A DNA stretch of 62,992 bases, filler included, from Octopus bimaculoides (lineage: Eukaryota): NCBI RefSeq assembly GCF_001194135.2. It is 4 parts of 3 records of this genome, joined end to end, with 100 filler letters (N's around TTAATTAATTAA, not from the genome) between each part and the next. Parts side by side here need not be neighbours in the genome. Positions count along the whole stretch, not along the records: positions 1 to 25,268 come from NC_068986.1; 3 more parts are not named here. One strand, 5' to 3'. A program made the translations under genes and the position numbers. Below the pieces are notes generated by a model that did no database searches, was not told where the DNA came from, and saw nothing but the letters and a program-made list of their open reading frames with translations. Shown piece by piece: positions 1-12,248 of this stretch (position 1 is the stretch's first letter; each line of letters opens with the position of its first letter).

Positions 1-700
1 CTCTTCCTGAGTAGTGGATCAACCAACTAAACAGAGGATTCCAAGGTGGCAAACGTAAACCAAGACAGGAAAGATTGGACAGTGAAAACAACATAAAAAA
101 GCCGTACGGCCAAACGCGAATCTGATGTAGAACGCTAGTAGTTTGTCTTGCCTTCACACCGGCTGGAGTGAAAAGAAAGTTGACCACAGGTCACACGAGA
201 GCAGAGAGGATGGTGGAGGGAGGAAGTGGAACAAGGAGGAAGAAACAGGAGTGTATAGCAGTGAAGTAGAAGTTAGAATAACAGAAAGAAGCAGAGCGAG
301 ACGGGGAGATGGGTAAGAAGAAAGATAGATAGGTAGATAGAGGGATAGATAGAAAGATAGAGGAAGACAGATAGAAAAATAGATATATATATATCAGAGG
401 AAGCACATTAATATGAAACAAGGTGAAAAAAAATAGTACTCGAATACCAGAGGGAGAGTAATATGCTTTATTAATTAAACTGCAAAACATCACAAAAACT
501 GTTACTCAGTTTCATGTTCCCATTCGTTGGAAACAGTTTTTGTGATGTCTTTGCAGCAAGTCCACATCCCATTCATATGGTCAGTGCATCAGAGCCAAGT
601 TCCTTCATTGGCTGTTAGGTTTGTTCAGATTGACCAATTTCCTACACAGGCAGCCTTTTCTATAGCTATCAAGTCATGTTTCTTTTTGTGTATAAATTTA
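1..700 (-). mobile_element. Penelope-like or unclassified repeat terminus; continues off the left edge
   Basis: Positions 1-100 are the reverse complement of 61359-61457 (same family). On the - strand it contains a CCAAT box, a long hairpin (480-556) with a hammerhead-like core, then AATAAA. Confidence 0.45.
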
Positions 701-729
701 TAAATGAGAAATTGCACACACACACACAC

Positions 730-880
730 GCACGCACATATATAGTTCGAATTTACAGAAAGCAAAAAACAAAGACAGGTGAGGGAACAACTAACAGGTG
801 TGCATTAGTTTGATGCTCAGAAAGAATGGAAAAGTCTTTGATGTTTCAAGCCAATGTTCTTTGACAGAAAGAGATGAGAG
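730..880 (-). mobile_element. Penelope-like terminal segment with a decayed hammerhead motif
   Basis: Homologous to 50985-51170. Positions 834-871 read (-) ctttCTGTCAAAGAACATTGGCTTGAAACATCaaagac, a CpG-eroded version of the motif at 51066-51104. Confidence 0.5.
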
Positions 881-1249
881 GGAAAAAGGGAGAGAGAGAA
901 AAATGTTTTGTGATTAACCTATGCACAAACACACAAACACATGTAATTCTCTAGCTGATCCAGACTTCTGAGGTATATCGTGATGGATTGATGATGTTGC
1001 TAATCAGTCACAAAAATAAACTCTGAGTGAGTGCACCGATCATCAAGGCTATTCCAGCTAGGACTTTCTCATCTCTCTTTGGGCAATATGTATTGCTGAC
1101 TGCCATATCTAATGTGTCCCTTTTCTTAAGGTTGTATATGTATCGAAGGAGATTTGGCTCCTTTTTGTTTCTGCAAATCAAGTAACCATGTATGGAAGCC
1201 TGTTATGTTCATGTATGTATTTGTGCATATGTGCTCTCTCTTTGTGTAG

Positions 1250-1790
1250 TTAATAAGGAAGCATAATAGTTGTGATATTAAGGTACGGGTCTATTGGCCA
1301 GATCAAGATATGTTCAAATCTTACAAGAGCGATTGTGTTTTGTCCATGAATAAGGCCCATAACTCTGCTCATTCCAGTTTGCCTGACCGATAAGAAACAG
1401 ACTTTTCTTTTGACTTCATTACTTTGTAATTGGTCAATTCTAGAAGCTGATTGAAGCAAAAGATTAGAAAAAGAAGAAAAGAAGCAGCTAAACAATCCTG
1501 TGCATGTGAATATTGGAAATGGATTTAAAACAACAACCAAAGTTTATTTTATTCTGAACTCTTGGAGATTGACAGCACTGAGCAAATCTACTTAGAAACT
1601 GATGAAGTATTAGGAAACAAATTGTGAATGCTATTTAGTGCAAGACCTTGGAAAAAGGAGAGAGAAAATTCTGAAGCAGTGAGAGCTAAAACCAGGCAGG
1701 GGATTAGAATGGAGCCAACAAGTTCAGAAGACATATCAGTTCATCGAAATAATACTAGAAGGCACAGAAAGCAAGCCTAATCAACTTCCG
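1250..1790 (+). pseudogene. Heavily decayed RTE-like LINE ORF2 C-terminal remnant
   Basis: Stop-interrupted translation gives SCACEYW, FYSELLEIDSTEQIYLETDEVL and IEIILEG, loosely like RTE motifs YGCETW, YRRILRISWTD..NEEVL and IIEG. Confidence 0.3.
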
Positions 1791-1931
1791 GTTGTTGGAA
1801 TGGTTAAATATTTATGTTAGTTAGATATTTTAGAATGTGTGTAAAATGATTGATTTTTTTATGGTAACAATCTAAGATAAATATTAAACTAAGGTACATA
1901 TTTATCTTTTTTTTTTCTTTTACCTTTGCAG

Positions 1932-2029
1932 GGATATTGATTGGTACTCTGACCATGGAAATGGGAGGCAAAGTCTGTATAAACTGTCCTAAAACAACAT
2001 ATAGATGTGAATTAGAATTCAAGTTAAAA
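1932..2029 (+). CDS. OSBPL8: OSBPL8/OSBPL5-like (ORP5/8) internal exon, lipid-binding (ORD) domain
   Basis: Acceptor tttgcAG, donor GTGAGT. Encodes (G)ILIGTLTMEMGGKVCINCPKTTYRCELEFKLK versus recalled human OSBPL8 GILYGTMTLELGGTVNITCQKTGYSAILEFKLK. Ends in phase 0. Confidence 0.9.
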
Positions 2030-2117
2030 GTGAGTTAAAACATTTTTGTCTTTTTTTTCTTTCTTGTCTTGCTATTTTCTCAACAGCATATGTATGGTTG
2101 TCAGTTTCTCTTGTATA

Positions 2118-2150
<33 letters not shown>

Positions 2151-2650
2151 ATTGCATTTGGAACTCAGCAGTGGATGTGCAGGACCATCAGGGGAATATC
2201 TTATTGCACTCTATTACAGAGATGAAATAATCTAGATGGAGCTCTATTTCATATAATAGTAGTCATGTATCTAACTCTACAATCAAGATATATTATATAT
2301 ATATGTATATATGTATAGTTTTAGAGAAAAGAACCAAGGTTCATGAACTCATCAATGAAAATCCACAGTCATATGTAGAAAATTAATAAGTAAAAGCACA
2401 ATAAATAAGTAGAATATAAAAATATAAATTTTTGTTAGTTCATAATTATAAACTTAATTTAATTTTAATTTGTAATAAATTGAATTGAATTGAGTTTTTA
2501 CCTGCCAATTTGGATTTTTATCCCTAATATTATTGTTATATATATGTGTGNNNNNNNNNNNNNNNNNNNNNNNNNNNNNNNNNNNNNNNNNNNNNNNNNN
2601 NNNNNNNNNNNNNNNNNNNNNNNNNNNNNNNNNNNNNNNNNNNNNNNNNN

Positions 2651-3050
2651 TCATCATCATTTAATGTCTGCTTTCCATGCTGGCATGAGTTGGATGGCTT
2701 CACTGGAATTGGTAAGCTGAAGAGCTACATCAGGGTCTGATTTTGGCTTGGCTTCTACAGCTGGATGCCTTTCCTAATGCCAACTACTCTGAGAATGTAG
2801 TGGGTGCCTTTAATGTGTCACCAGCATGGGTGAGGGTGCTGTAACATGTCAACTGGCACGGGTGCTGTAACGTGTCACAGGTGTGGTTGCTGTAACGTGT
2901 GACAGGCACAGGTGCTGTAATGTGTCACCAACCCCGGCCACCACTACGATTTCACTTGGCTTGATGAATCTGCTGAAGCACAGCAAATTGCTAAAAGTCA
3001 TGATCACTTGTCATCACTTCTGTCAGGCCCTGCATGCTTAGTCATCACAA
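2651..3050 (-). mobile_element. 3' end of an RTE-type LINE: ORF2 C-terminus, 3' UTR with a 25-26 bp VNTR, (GAT)n tail
   Basis: The - strand encodes GLTEVMTSDHDF*QFAVLQQIHQAK*, followed by four gggtgctgtaac units (2834-2930), the family tail GGAAGGGCATCCAGCTGTAGAA...CCATG..GCATGGAAA, and ATG repeats. Confidence 0.7.
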
Positions 3051-3490
3051 GCAAGCATAAATTGTAAATAGTGTGCTTTTGCTAATTGTTTTCGATGCTT
3101 GTGTAGTTACAAGCATCTATAGATACCATTTTGACTCAGTGGAACATCCAAGATGTGACAGCTGAAAGAAGAGATAGTTTGTCCAACAGCTGGCAGGTAC
3201 TTATTTTCAACCTGAGTTCATGGGAACAATGTGAAATGGAGTTCGTTGATCAAAGCCAGCACACATCACTTGGCCCTAGAATCAAACCCATGACCTAATG
3301 ATAGTGAGGTTAGCACCCTAACCACAAGGCTACACTGTATGTATACACACACACACATGCACACACACACATGGACATGTGGTAAAAAGTTTGCTTCCCA
3401 ACCATGATTCTGGGTTCTGTACCACTGCTTAGCCCTGGGTCAACTAAAGCCTTACTAGTAGATTTGCTTGATGGAAACTGAAAGCCCATC

Positions 3491-3534
<44 letters not shown>

Positions 3535-3884
3535 GTGTGTGTGTGTGTATATTTGTATGTACATGTACACAAACACACACATATATGCATGTGTGTGTGT
3601 GTGTGTATAGTCTTGTTCTGACATCACATGATGGTTGCAAATGAGCATGCAAGCAATGCTGTTTGCTTCCGGTATTCTGTGGAAAAGCATGTCTGGTTAT
3701 AGGAAATGTTATCTCAGCCTGGAAACAAGTGAGGGTTGGTGTCAGGAAAGGCATCCAACTGTAGAAAAGCTGCCTCAACAAATTCCATTAAACCCATACA
3801 AACATGGAATGTGGACATTATATGATGAGGATGATACATTTATCTAATCTATCTATCTTTATATATATGTGTGTGTGTGTGTGT

Positions 3885-4070
3885 ATCATTATCATCATTT
3901 AATGTCTGTTTTCCATGCTGACATGGGTTGGATGGTTTGACCAGAGCTGGTAAAGTCAGAGGCCGCACTTGGCTCCATTGTCTGATCTGGCATGGTTTCT
4001 ACAGCCAGATGCCCTTCCTAACGTCAACCACTCTACAGAGTGTACAGGGCATGCTGGATGCTTTTTATGT
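3885..4070 (-). mobile_element. Short 3' tail copy of the RTE-type family
   Basis: catcattt..atgtctgttttccatgctgacatgggttgg...gatgcccttcctaac matches the copies at 2651 and 17843. Confidence 0.7.
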
Positions 4071-5195
4071 GGTATATATACATGTGTATGTGTGTGTGTT
4101 TAGGTTTTCAGAGAATGTCATATGATGCATTGTGTTTGAAATGTGAGTTGATGCCATCATTAATGTAGAAATTATAACAGTTGAAATATGCACTGAATGA
4201 CTGCTGCTTGTGAATTATCTGAGAATCAGAATGTGGGAGAGATTTTTTTTTTCACTAAAATGATGTGGCCTGAGATAATGTTCTTGTGTGGTTCTGTATT
4301 GAGATTTAAATTACTTGCTATTATTTGTCTTGGTCCTAATATACCAATGTTTTCCACTGGGGCTCAAAATACTGAGATGTTAAAAGAAATTTCATTTACT
4401 TTATATAAAATAAAAAAGGGAAAAAAATCCTGCATTGTTGATTGCTTCTGCTTGGCCTTGGTTTTTCTGCAAATATTTCTTCTCCAATAAAGTTTAGCAA
4501 ATACATTCTTTACAGCAACATTGTGGCCTTCCTCACTTTTCTCTTTCTCTCTTTCATTATATATATTTATATATATAATGTACACATACATGCGCGCACA
4601 TATACATACATACATATATAATTACATACATACATACATATATAATTACATACATACATATATAATTACATACATATGTATACACACATGCATGCACATG
4701 TATATACATGTGCTTAACCACCATTCACAAAGAAGTATGATCTGGTTTGTCCGGGTCATACTTGCTTATGCTGCAATTTTGCTAGTTTGAGGTGCCTATG
4801 TAATAGTCATGAACAGACACAGATGCTTTCTTGGCTCTACCACCCTTTGACTCAAAGGAATATTAAGAATGTGACAGCTGAAGAGAGGGAGAGAGAGAGA
4901 GCTGTAGGCTGGTGCTGATTTTCTCTGGAGTAGAGAGTAGACTGGAGCAATGTAAGATAAAGTGCCTTGCTCAAAGACATGACATATCCTTATGGTCCAG
5001 GAATTGAACCCCTGCCTTGTGATCTAAAGTCCAGTATTCTAACCATTAGGCCATGGTCCTTTCTTATATATAGACATAGCTGTGTGATTAATTTTGCTTC
5101 TTGACCACATGGCACATGGTTTCTTGTTCAGTCTCTGTGTGTAGCACCTGGGGCAAGTGTAGCCTTGTGAGTGGGTCTGCTAGGCAAAAACTGAA

Positions 5196-5560
5196 TGTTT
5201 CAGTCATTTGACTGTGGCCATGCTGGGGCACTTCCTTGGAGAGTTTTTAGTTGAATGAATCAACCCCAATACTTTTTTCTTTTTTTAAGCCTGGCACTTA
5301 TTCCATTGGTCTCTTTTGCCAAATTACTGGGACATAAGCAAACCAACACCAGTTGTCAAGTGGTGGTGGGAGACAAACACACACTGACATGCATGCACAC
5401 ACACGTGTGTGTGCTTCTTTCAGTTTCTGCCAACCAAAGCCATTCACAAGGCTTTGGTTGGCCTGAGCCTATTGTAGAAGACACTTACCCAAGGTGCCAA
5501 GCAGTGGGACTGAACATGGGACTGTGTGGTTGGAAAGCAAGTTTTTTACCACACAGCCAT
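5196..5560 (-). mobile_element. tRNA-headed bipartite SINE, family F1 (CpG-eroded)
   Basis: Reverse-complement homology to 57241-57660, with an internal (CA)n tract. Confidence 0.8.
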
Positions 5561-6101
5561 TATATATGTATATGTGTGTGTCCTTGTCCTTGACTTTGCA
5601 GATGGTTTTAAATAAGTGTTGTTCATTTACAGTTTTCCACAAAAAAAAACAAAAAAAACAAAAAGTCTGGTTGCAGGGAAATATTGCTTGCATGGAAACA
5701 GGTGAGAGTTGAGGAGAGGAAGAACATTTGGCTATAGAAAACCTGCCTCAATGAATTCCATCTGACTTGTGCAAATACGGAAAAGTAGACTTTAAAATGA
5801 TGATGATATTAGTGTATGTATGTGTGTGCATGTGTGCCTTGGTACAAATGCTTCACATGGCAAAGCACTGAGCTACAAGCAGTGTAGTCTGTTGTAATTT
5901 CCCCGTCAACTAATCATCCACTGGTTCTGTGCTTTCATAGATGCATGTAATGAGATCTGTTTCTTGAATAACCTGTAAGGGTTAATGACAGGAAATGTAT
6001 CCAGCTGTAATGCAATATGCTTCAATATTATATATTTGTATAACCAATGCTAGCATGGAAAAATAGATGTAAAAAAAAGAGCAAATGAATGTGTGTGTGT
6101 G

Positions 6102-6159
<58 letters not shown>

Positions 6160-6907
6160 CTTATTTTTGTAATTTAATGCTGTAAGATTGAATTGATGTA
6201 ATTCTTTCTAGAATCTATATATCAAGGTAGCTTGTTATTCGTCAAGCAGCAGTTTGATCCTATTCAGGTTTTTAGCACAGGTTTTATGAGACTGTTGAAT
6301 CATTTGTTAGGTATTCATTCAGGAGATCAGTGTAGCTATTAGGTTTAGAGATGTAATAGGTTATTTTCATTGTTTGTATTATGACTAAGTCTTTTTTTTT
6401 TTTCTGTGCACTTCGAAATGAGTTTTAGAGTCTTTCTCTCTGTAATAATTGTAACATAAATTACTTGTAATATATATTTAAAAAATGGCTGCAGTCAATA
6501 TGACTGAAACAAGTAAAGGATAAAAGATAAAAAAATATACAAATTCCTTATTTGGAATCTCATTCAATTTTGCCTCCATTTAGCATATTCTGTAACAGTT
6601 ACGAAATATCTAATATAATAGTTTTCATTACTTTTTTTAAAAAAAAAGAGCTTTTATGGCTGTGGTGGAGGTAGTGGCAACATCAGTTCTCTAACTTAAA
6701 CAGTTTTAATATTCTTTCATTCTTTTACTTGTTTCACTCATTTTGATTGTGGCCATGCTGGAGCCTTTTAATCAAAGAAACTGGCCCCTGGATTTATTCC
6801 TCGTAAGCCTGGTACTTATTCTATAAGTTACAGGGATGTAAACGCATCAACATTGGTTGTCAAGTGATGGTGGGAGACAAACACAGGCACAAACACACAG
6901 ATACATA

Positions 6908-7045
6908 TCATCATCATCGTTTAACGTCCGCTTTCCATGCTGGCATGGGTTGGATGGTTTGACTGAGGACTGGCGAGTCAAATGGCTGCACCAGGCTCCA
7001 ATCTGATCTGGTAGAGTTTCTGCAGCTGGATGCCCTTCCTAACAC
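6908..7045 (-). mobile_element. Short 3' tail copy of the RTE-type family
   Basis: (CAT)n-cgtttaacgtccgctttccatgctggcatgggttgg is nearly identical to the sequence at 17843. Confidence 0.75.
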
Positions 7046-7974
7046 TGTCTATCGAAAACCCTCATCGTCATAACTAATGGAATGCCAGTATTTCCCCACC
7101 ACCACCACCAATTCTTTGTGTTCTTTTTCTAAATTTTGTTATGGTTTAGTCAAAGGAGAGGCTGAGGTGAAAGCAGTGTGGGATAAATAAATTGGTAATA
7201 CGTTGAATCTACTACCTCAGGACAGACATATGCCATCTGTCTGATGAGCTACCAAAACCTAATTTCACTCACAGCTGGCCTCAGACTACAGAAGACATTT
7301 TGTCTATAGTGCTCTTTAATGTGATTGACCTAGATCCATATGGTCATGAAGCAAACTTACTATATAACCTCTCGATCACCATTATCTATCTCTTTGGAGC
7401 TCCTACTGATCAGACATTAAATGATGATGATGGTCAACCCTGTTGCAATTTTGACAAGAATCTTCCACCAATATTTTTTGTGTATAAATGTATTTCACTC
7501 AACTTCTAAAGTATTTTTCTTTAATATTTGTCCCAGAGTGACCCACTCCATCAAATAGGAAAATTGTTTCTGTAATGCCATGCCACGTAGGACTATAGTA
7601 CGTTGATGGCATTTTTTCGTATCTGCTGATTAAACAGAGAATGTCTTCTAACAATAATATAGCATAATTGACATTTTCAAGCACATCTTAAAGAATTAAG
7701 GGCTTTACAGTCTTTCTGATGTACTGGTATTTATTAGCTATGTCTTGCTCTTGGATTACAAAACCACATAACCTTGAAAATGTGACATGATGTGACAGTC
7801 ACAAAACCAATGAGACCACACTTCCTGTCAGTGCTGACATTCTTAAGTTTCCTTGCGTAACCTTTCACTTGTGTGTATGTGGGTGGTGTATATATGTAGT
7901 GTGTGTGTATGTAATGTATATATGTAGTGTGTGTGTGTAATGTATATATATTTGGTGTGTGTATGTGTAATGTA

Positions 7975-9305
7975 TCAGATCATCCTATAAGTTCTGTCCG
8001 ATTTTACCTTTTTTAAAATTGAATGAAATTTAATAGTATTTTAGAATGTCTAATGGAATTTAAAATTATTTTTATGCATTTGTGTACATTTAAACTAATT
8101 AAATATTATTTTACAGAATAATAGAATTAAAATTTCTTTAATTTCTAACATGGAAGTATCCAAAGAGCATATGAGGCACATAATGCTTTATGAGTACAAA
8201 AAAGGAAACTCTGCAGCCGAAGCGACTCGAAACATGCACTCAGTTTATGGGAAAGAATGCTTGAATGAAAGAACTTGCAGAAGATGGTTTNNNNNNNNNN
8301 NNNNNNNNNNNNNNNNNNNNNNNNNNNNNNNNNNNNNNNNNNNNNNNNNNNNNNNNNNNNNNNNNNNNNNNNNNNNNNNNNNNNNNNNNNNNNNNNNNNN
8401 NNNNNNNNNNNNNNNNNNNNNNNNNNNNNNNNNNNNNNNNNNNNNNNNNNNNNNNNNNNNNNNNNNNNNNNNNNNNNNNNNNNNNNNNNNNNNNNNNNNN
8501 NNNNNNNNNNNNNNNNNNNNNNNNNNNNNNNNNNNNNNNNNNNNNNNNNNNNNNNNNNNNNNNNNNNNNNNNNNNNNNNNNNNNNNNNNNNNNNNNNNNN
8601 NNNNNNNNNNNNNNNNNNNNNNNNNNNNNNNNNNNNNNNNNNNNNNNNNNNNNNNNNNNNNNNNNNNNNNNNNNNNNNNNNNNNNNNNNNNNNNNNNNNN
8701 NNNNNNNNNNNNNNNNNNNNNNNNNNNNNNNNNNNNNNNNNNNNNNNNNNNNNNNNNNNNNNNNNNNNNNNNNNNNNNNNNNNNNNNNNNNNNNNNNNNN
8801 NNNNNNNNNNNNNNNNNNNNNNNNNNNNNNNNNNNNNNNNNNNNNNNNNNNNNNNNNNNNNNNNNNNNNNNNNNNNNNNNNNNNNNNNNNNNNNNNNNNN
8901 NNNNNNNNNNNNNNNNNNNNGATGTTTCATCAGGACAATGCACGACCCCACACTGCAAAGATCACATCACAGAAGATCGAAGATCTTGGTTGGGAAAAAA
9001 TTCCTCATCCACCTTATTCTCCCGACCTTGCTCCTTCAGACTGCCATTTGTTTCGTAGTTTACAGAATCATTTGGGGGACATAACTTTCGCAAGCCAGGA
9101 GTAGGTCGAAACTGACATTTCAGAGTTCTTCGCTTTGAAACCAGAAGAGTTTTATATTGATGGGGTTAAAAAGTTTGTAAGTAGATGGAAGGAAGTCATA
9201 GATAATCAGGGAAAGTACATTGATGATTAAATTTCAATTAAATATAACAGTTGATCACTTGTTTTCTTTATTCAAAATTCAGACAGAACTTATGGGATGA
9301 CCTGA
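7975..9305 (+). mobile_element. Full-length mariner (Tc1/mariner, D,D34D) DNA transposon, about 1.33 kb
   Basis: TIRs tcagatcatcctataagttctgtccgatt and aattcagacagaacttatgggatgacctga, flanked by TA at 7973-7974 and 9306-9307, with the transposase between them. Confidence 0.93.
8150..9230 (+). pseudogene. Mariner transposase with an in-frame stop; middle hidden by an N gap
   Basis: N-terminus MEVSKEHMRHIMLYEYKKGNSAAEATRNM (HTH). C-terminus HQDNARPH...[12 protein letters not shown] has 34 residues between the two Asp. After TAG at 9102-9104 the frame continues VETDISEFFALKPEEFYIDGVKKFVSRWKEVIDNQGKYIDD*. Confidence 0.92.
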
Positions 9306-9753
9306 TATATATCATTTGGGTGTGTGTGTAATATATATGTGGCGTGTTTGCATAATGAATATATACTGTATGTGTGTGTATATATACATACATACATACA
9401 TATGCATGTGTAATATATATATCCCAGAAACAGCTGTAAGACATCTAATAATTAATTGATTAATTAATTACTTCAAATTCACCTTACTCTAGTTCAATAT
9501 TCTAAATGACTTGAAATACTCATCCTGCCTTGGTTTTGTTGTCCTTTTTCCTCTAATATACATACACCTGCTAACTCAGAAGCCTACTACGGATCCCTAG
9601 CTCCAGTCTCAGCTGTGAACTTGGAACCTAGCAGCCGATCAATTGCAGCACTTACACAGCATACCTATTCATTAGATCACCAGGGAACTAAACCCCTCGT
9701 ATTCGATATATACACACACACATATACATGTGTTTGTGTAATGTATATATGTA

Positions 9754-9811
<58 letters not shown>

Positions 9812-11061
9812 ATACATACATGTTATTTGTGGTGTACAGTGTGATGGGTGTGTATGTATGTGTCTGTGCATATGCTATATGTGTGTGTCTGTATATAATG
9901 TATATATACAGAGTATAGGAGTTTTTCTGAATTGACATAATGTAGGAGGCATGTACTATGAATGCTCAGTTCAGTTTACCACTAAAACTCCAGCTTGAAC
10001 TGCAACTGAAAGTAGGATATTGAAACTACCTATCAGAGGTGGCTAGAAGTGCTTCCTCCTTGAGCAGGTGGATATGTTTTGCCTTTCCATTTTTTACTTT
10101 ATTCTAAAATGCACACACACATATGATGTATGTACCATAAAAATGTGATCTAGTGAAAAAAGTTGCAAAATATTTTAATTTTATTTATTTCAGTTCTTTT
10201 TATGGATTATATTGATAAAGTTTTGATGATCAGTCACAAATATTTTTGCTGTACTTCATGTATATCTGTGACTCCTCTGTTGAGTGACATCAAGCTTGAA
10301 GTGTAGGCATCAACATTGCCATGACTTTGTTCCAGTAATGTACTGAAAATTATGTGTGTATGTGTTATATTTTGAAACTGAAGTAAATTTGTGTATGTGT
10401 GCATATTGTTTTGAAACTAAAATAAGTGTGTGTGTGTATGTGAAACAGCAAAATATCACACAGCTAGTAGTCAGCACATTTACATGAAAGACTGTTAGCT
10501 GTTGAATTCTTATGCTTGTTTACAGTTCTCACTGTTCTGCTAACCTAGCTTTTAGGCCTTTTTGGCAATGATACATATCAAGAGTAAGAATTAGGCTCCA
10601 GAGAGGTGAGATTACTATAATCAAAGGAATATTGAAGTTCTGGCAGTTTCTTTATGCAAGTAATTTAAGAACAACCACCACCACATTTCAACATATTTAT
10701 TCATCCTTGTCATCTATATAAAACACAGTTGCTTAATTCCAAGCCAATCCTAGTCAAGCAGAGCTATAATTAATGACATTCCAGCTGTGATTATCCCATT
10801 CTTAGGAGTCTGTAGGGTTACATTTCAGGAGTATGTAGGGGTATATTTAAGGGAGTATATGAGGTTATGCTTTAGGAGCATGCAGGGTTATGTTTTAGGA
10901 GTATGTGGAGTTACATTTCAGAGTATAAGCTACATTATATAAATTATCCTATGTTCCTTATTTAAAATTGTAACATGTGATTTGAGTGAGATTTGATTAC
11001 TATTTCTAGTAAGTTAAGTGACCATGAAGGGGCTTGCGCATGGCTTGTCATCATTTTGTCT

Positions 11062-11438
11062 TTTCAGTCATTGGACTGTGGCCATGCTGGGGCACCATCT
11101 TGAAGAATTTTTCGTCAAATGAATCAACCCCGGTGCTTATACTATTTGTCTCTTTTGCTGAACCACTAAGTTACAGGGATGTAAACACACTAACATTGGT
11201 TGTCAAGTGGTGGCGGGTAACAGGCACACACACAAAGCTGAATCACACACACACATACACAACTCCTCCCCCCATACACAATGAGCTTCTTTCCGTTTCT
11301 GTCTACCAGATTCACTCACAAGGCTTTGGTTGGCCTGAGGCTGTAATAGAAGACACTTTCCCAAGGTGCCATGCTGCTGGACTGAACCCAGAACCATGTG
11401 GTTGGCAAGCAAACTTCTTACCACACAGCCATGCCTGC
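11062..11438 (-). mobile_element. SINE family F1
   Basis: Homology to 57241-57660. Confidence 0.8.
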
Positions 11439-11809
11439 ACCAACAAAAAGATTTTTGATTTGTGGTATATCCCATGTAGATTATCTGGAGTAAGAAAATC
11501 AGGAGGCTCTATGTATTATGTGGTCATTTCAACTGCTACACATTGCAGACAAATTTTGCACAAATCATTCCCTACCATCTTGGGGAAAAAACATTGGATC
11601 GTGTACTTTGGGGTATATTATGCCTGGAAAAATTTTAGGGATGGCCATGGGTAGAGTATGAACCTATGAACAATCAAAGCATTCTAGCAATGACTACTCT
11701 GTCTTCTTAAAAATTAAATTTTAATCTAGAATCTTTATAACTGCATCATTACAGAGTGTCATAAAATAAGATCAGTATAAAACTTTTGTTTGAGTACAAA
11801 GACTTTTAA

Positions 11810-12030
11810 CTCTTCAGCATTTAATCCAGCCATATCCAGCCCAAATATTCTTCCTGTTTTGTGTTAAAACTGACCAGATCCAACCTCTCACACTATCCTG
11901 CAATATCATTCTCAACATAGAGAAACACACCATTGAAATGTCTTGAAGCTACAAAATAATGTGTGATTAATTCAAAGCAATATGAATAAATAAGCAATAC
12001 ATTTAATAAAAATATCTGAACACTAAAGGG
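11810..12030. mobile_element. piggyBac-type MITE
   Basis: TTAA|ctcttcagcatt...gaacactaaaggg|ctaa; same family as 37184-37400. Confidence 0.7.
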
Positions 12031-12044
12031 CTAAATTTGTCAAC

Positions 12045-12248
12045 GTGGCAAGCTGGTAGAAATGTTTCATACTAGGCAAAATGCTTAGCAGCATACTGCC
12101 TGTCTACACGTTCTGAGTTCAAATTCCGCCAAAGTCAACTGAGCTTCTTCCGGGGTCAATAAAATAAGTGTCAGTTGAACACTGGGGTTGATATAATTGA
12201 CTTAACCCCTTCCCCAAAATTGCTGGCCTTGTGCCAAAATTTGAAATC
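12045..12248 (+). mobile_element. tRNA-headed SINE with a Deu/Nin-like central domain, family F3
   Basis: Head gtggcaagctggtagaa...gagttcaaattcc, core cggggtcaataaaataagt, tail ttgctggccttgtgccaaaatttgaaa. Confidence 0.75.
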
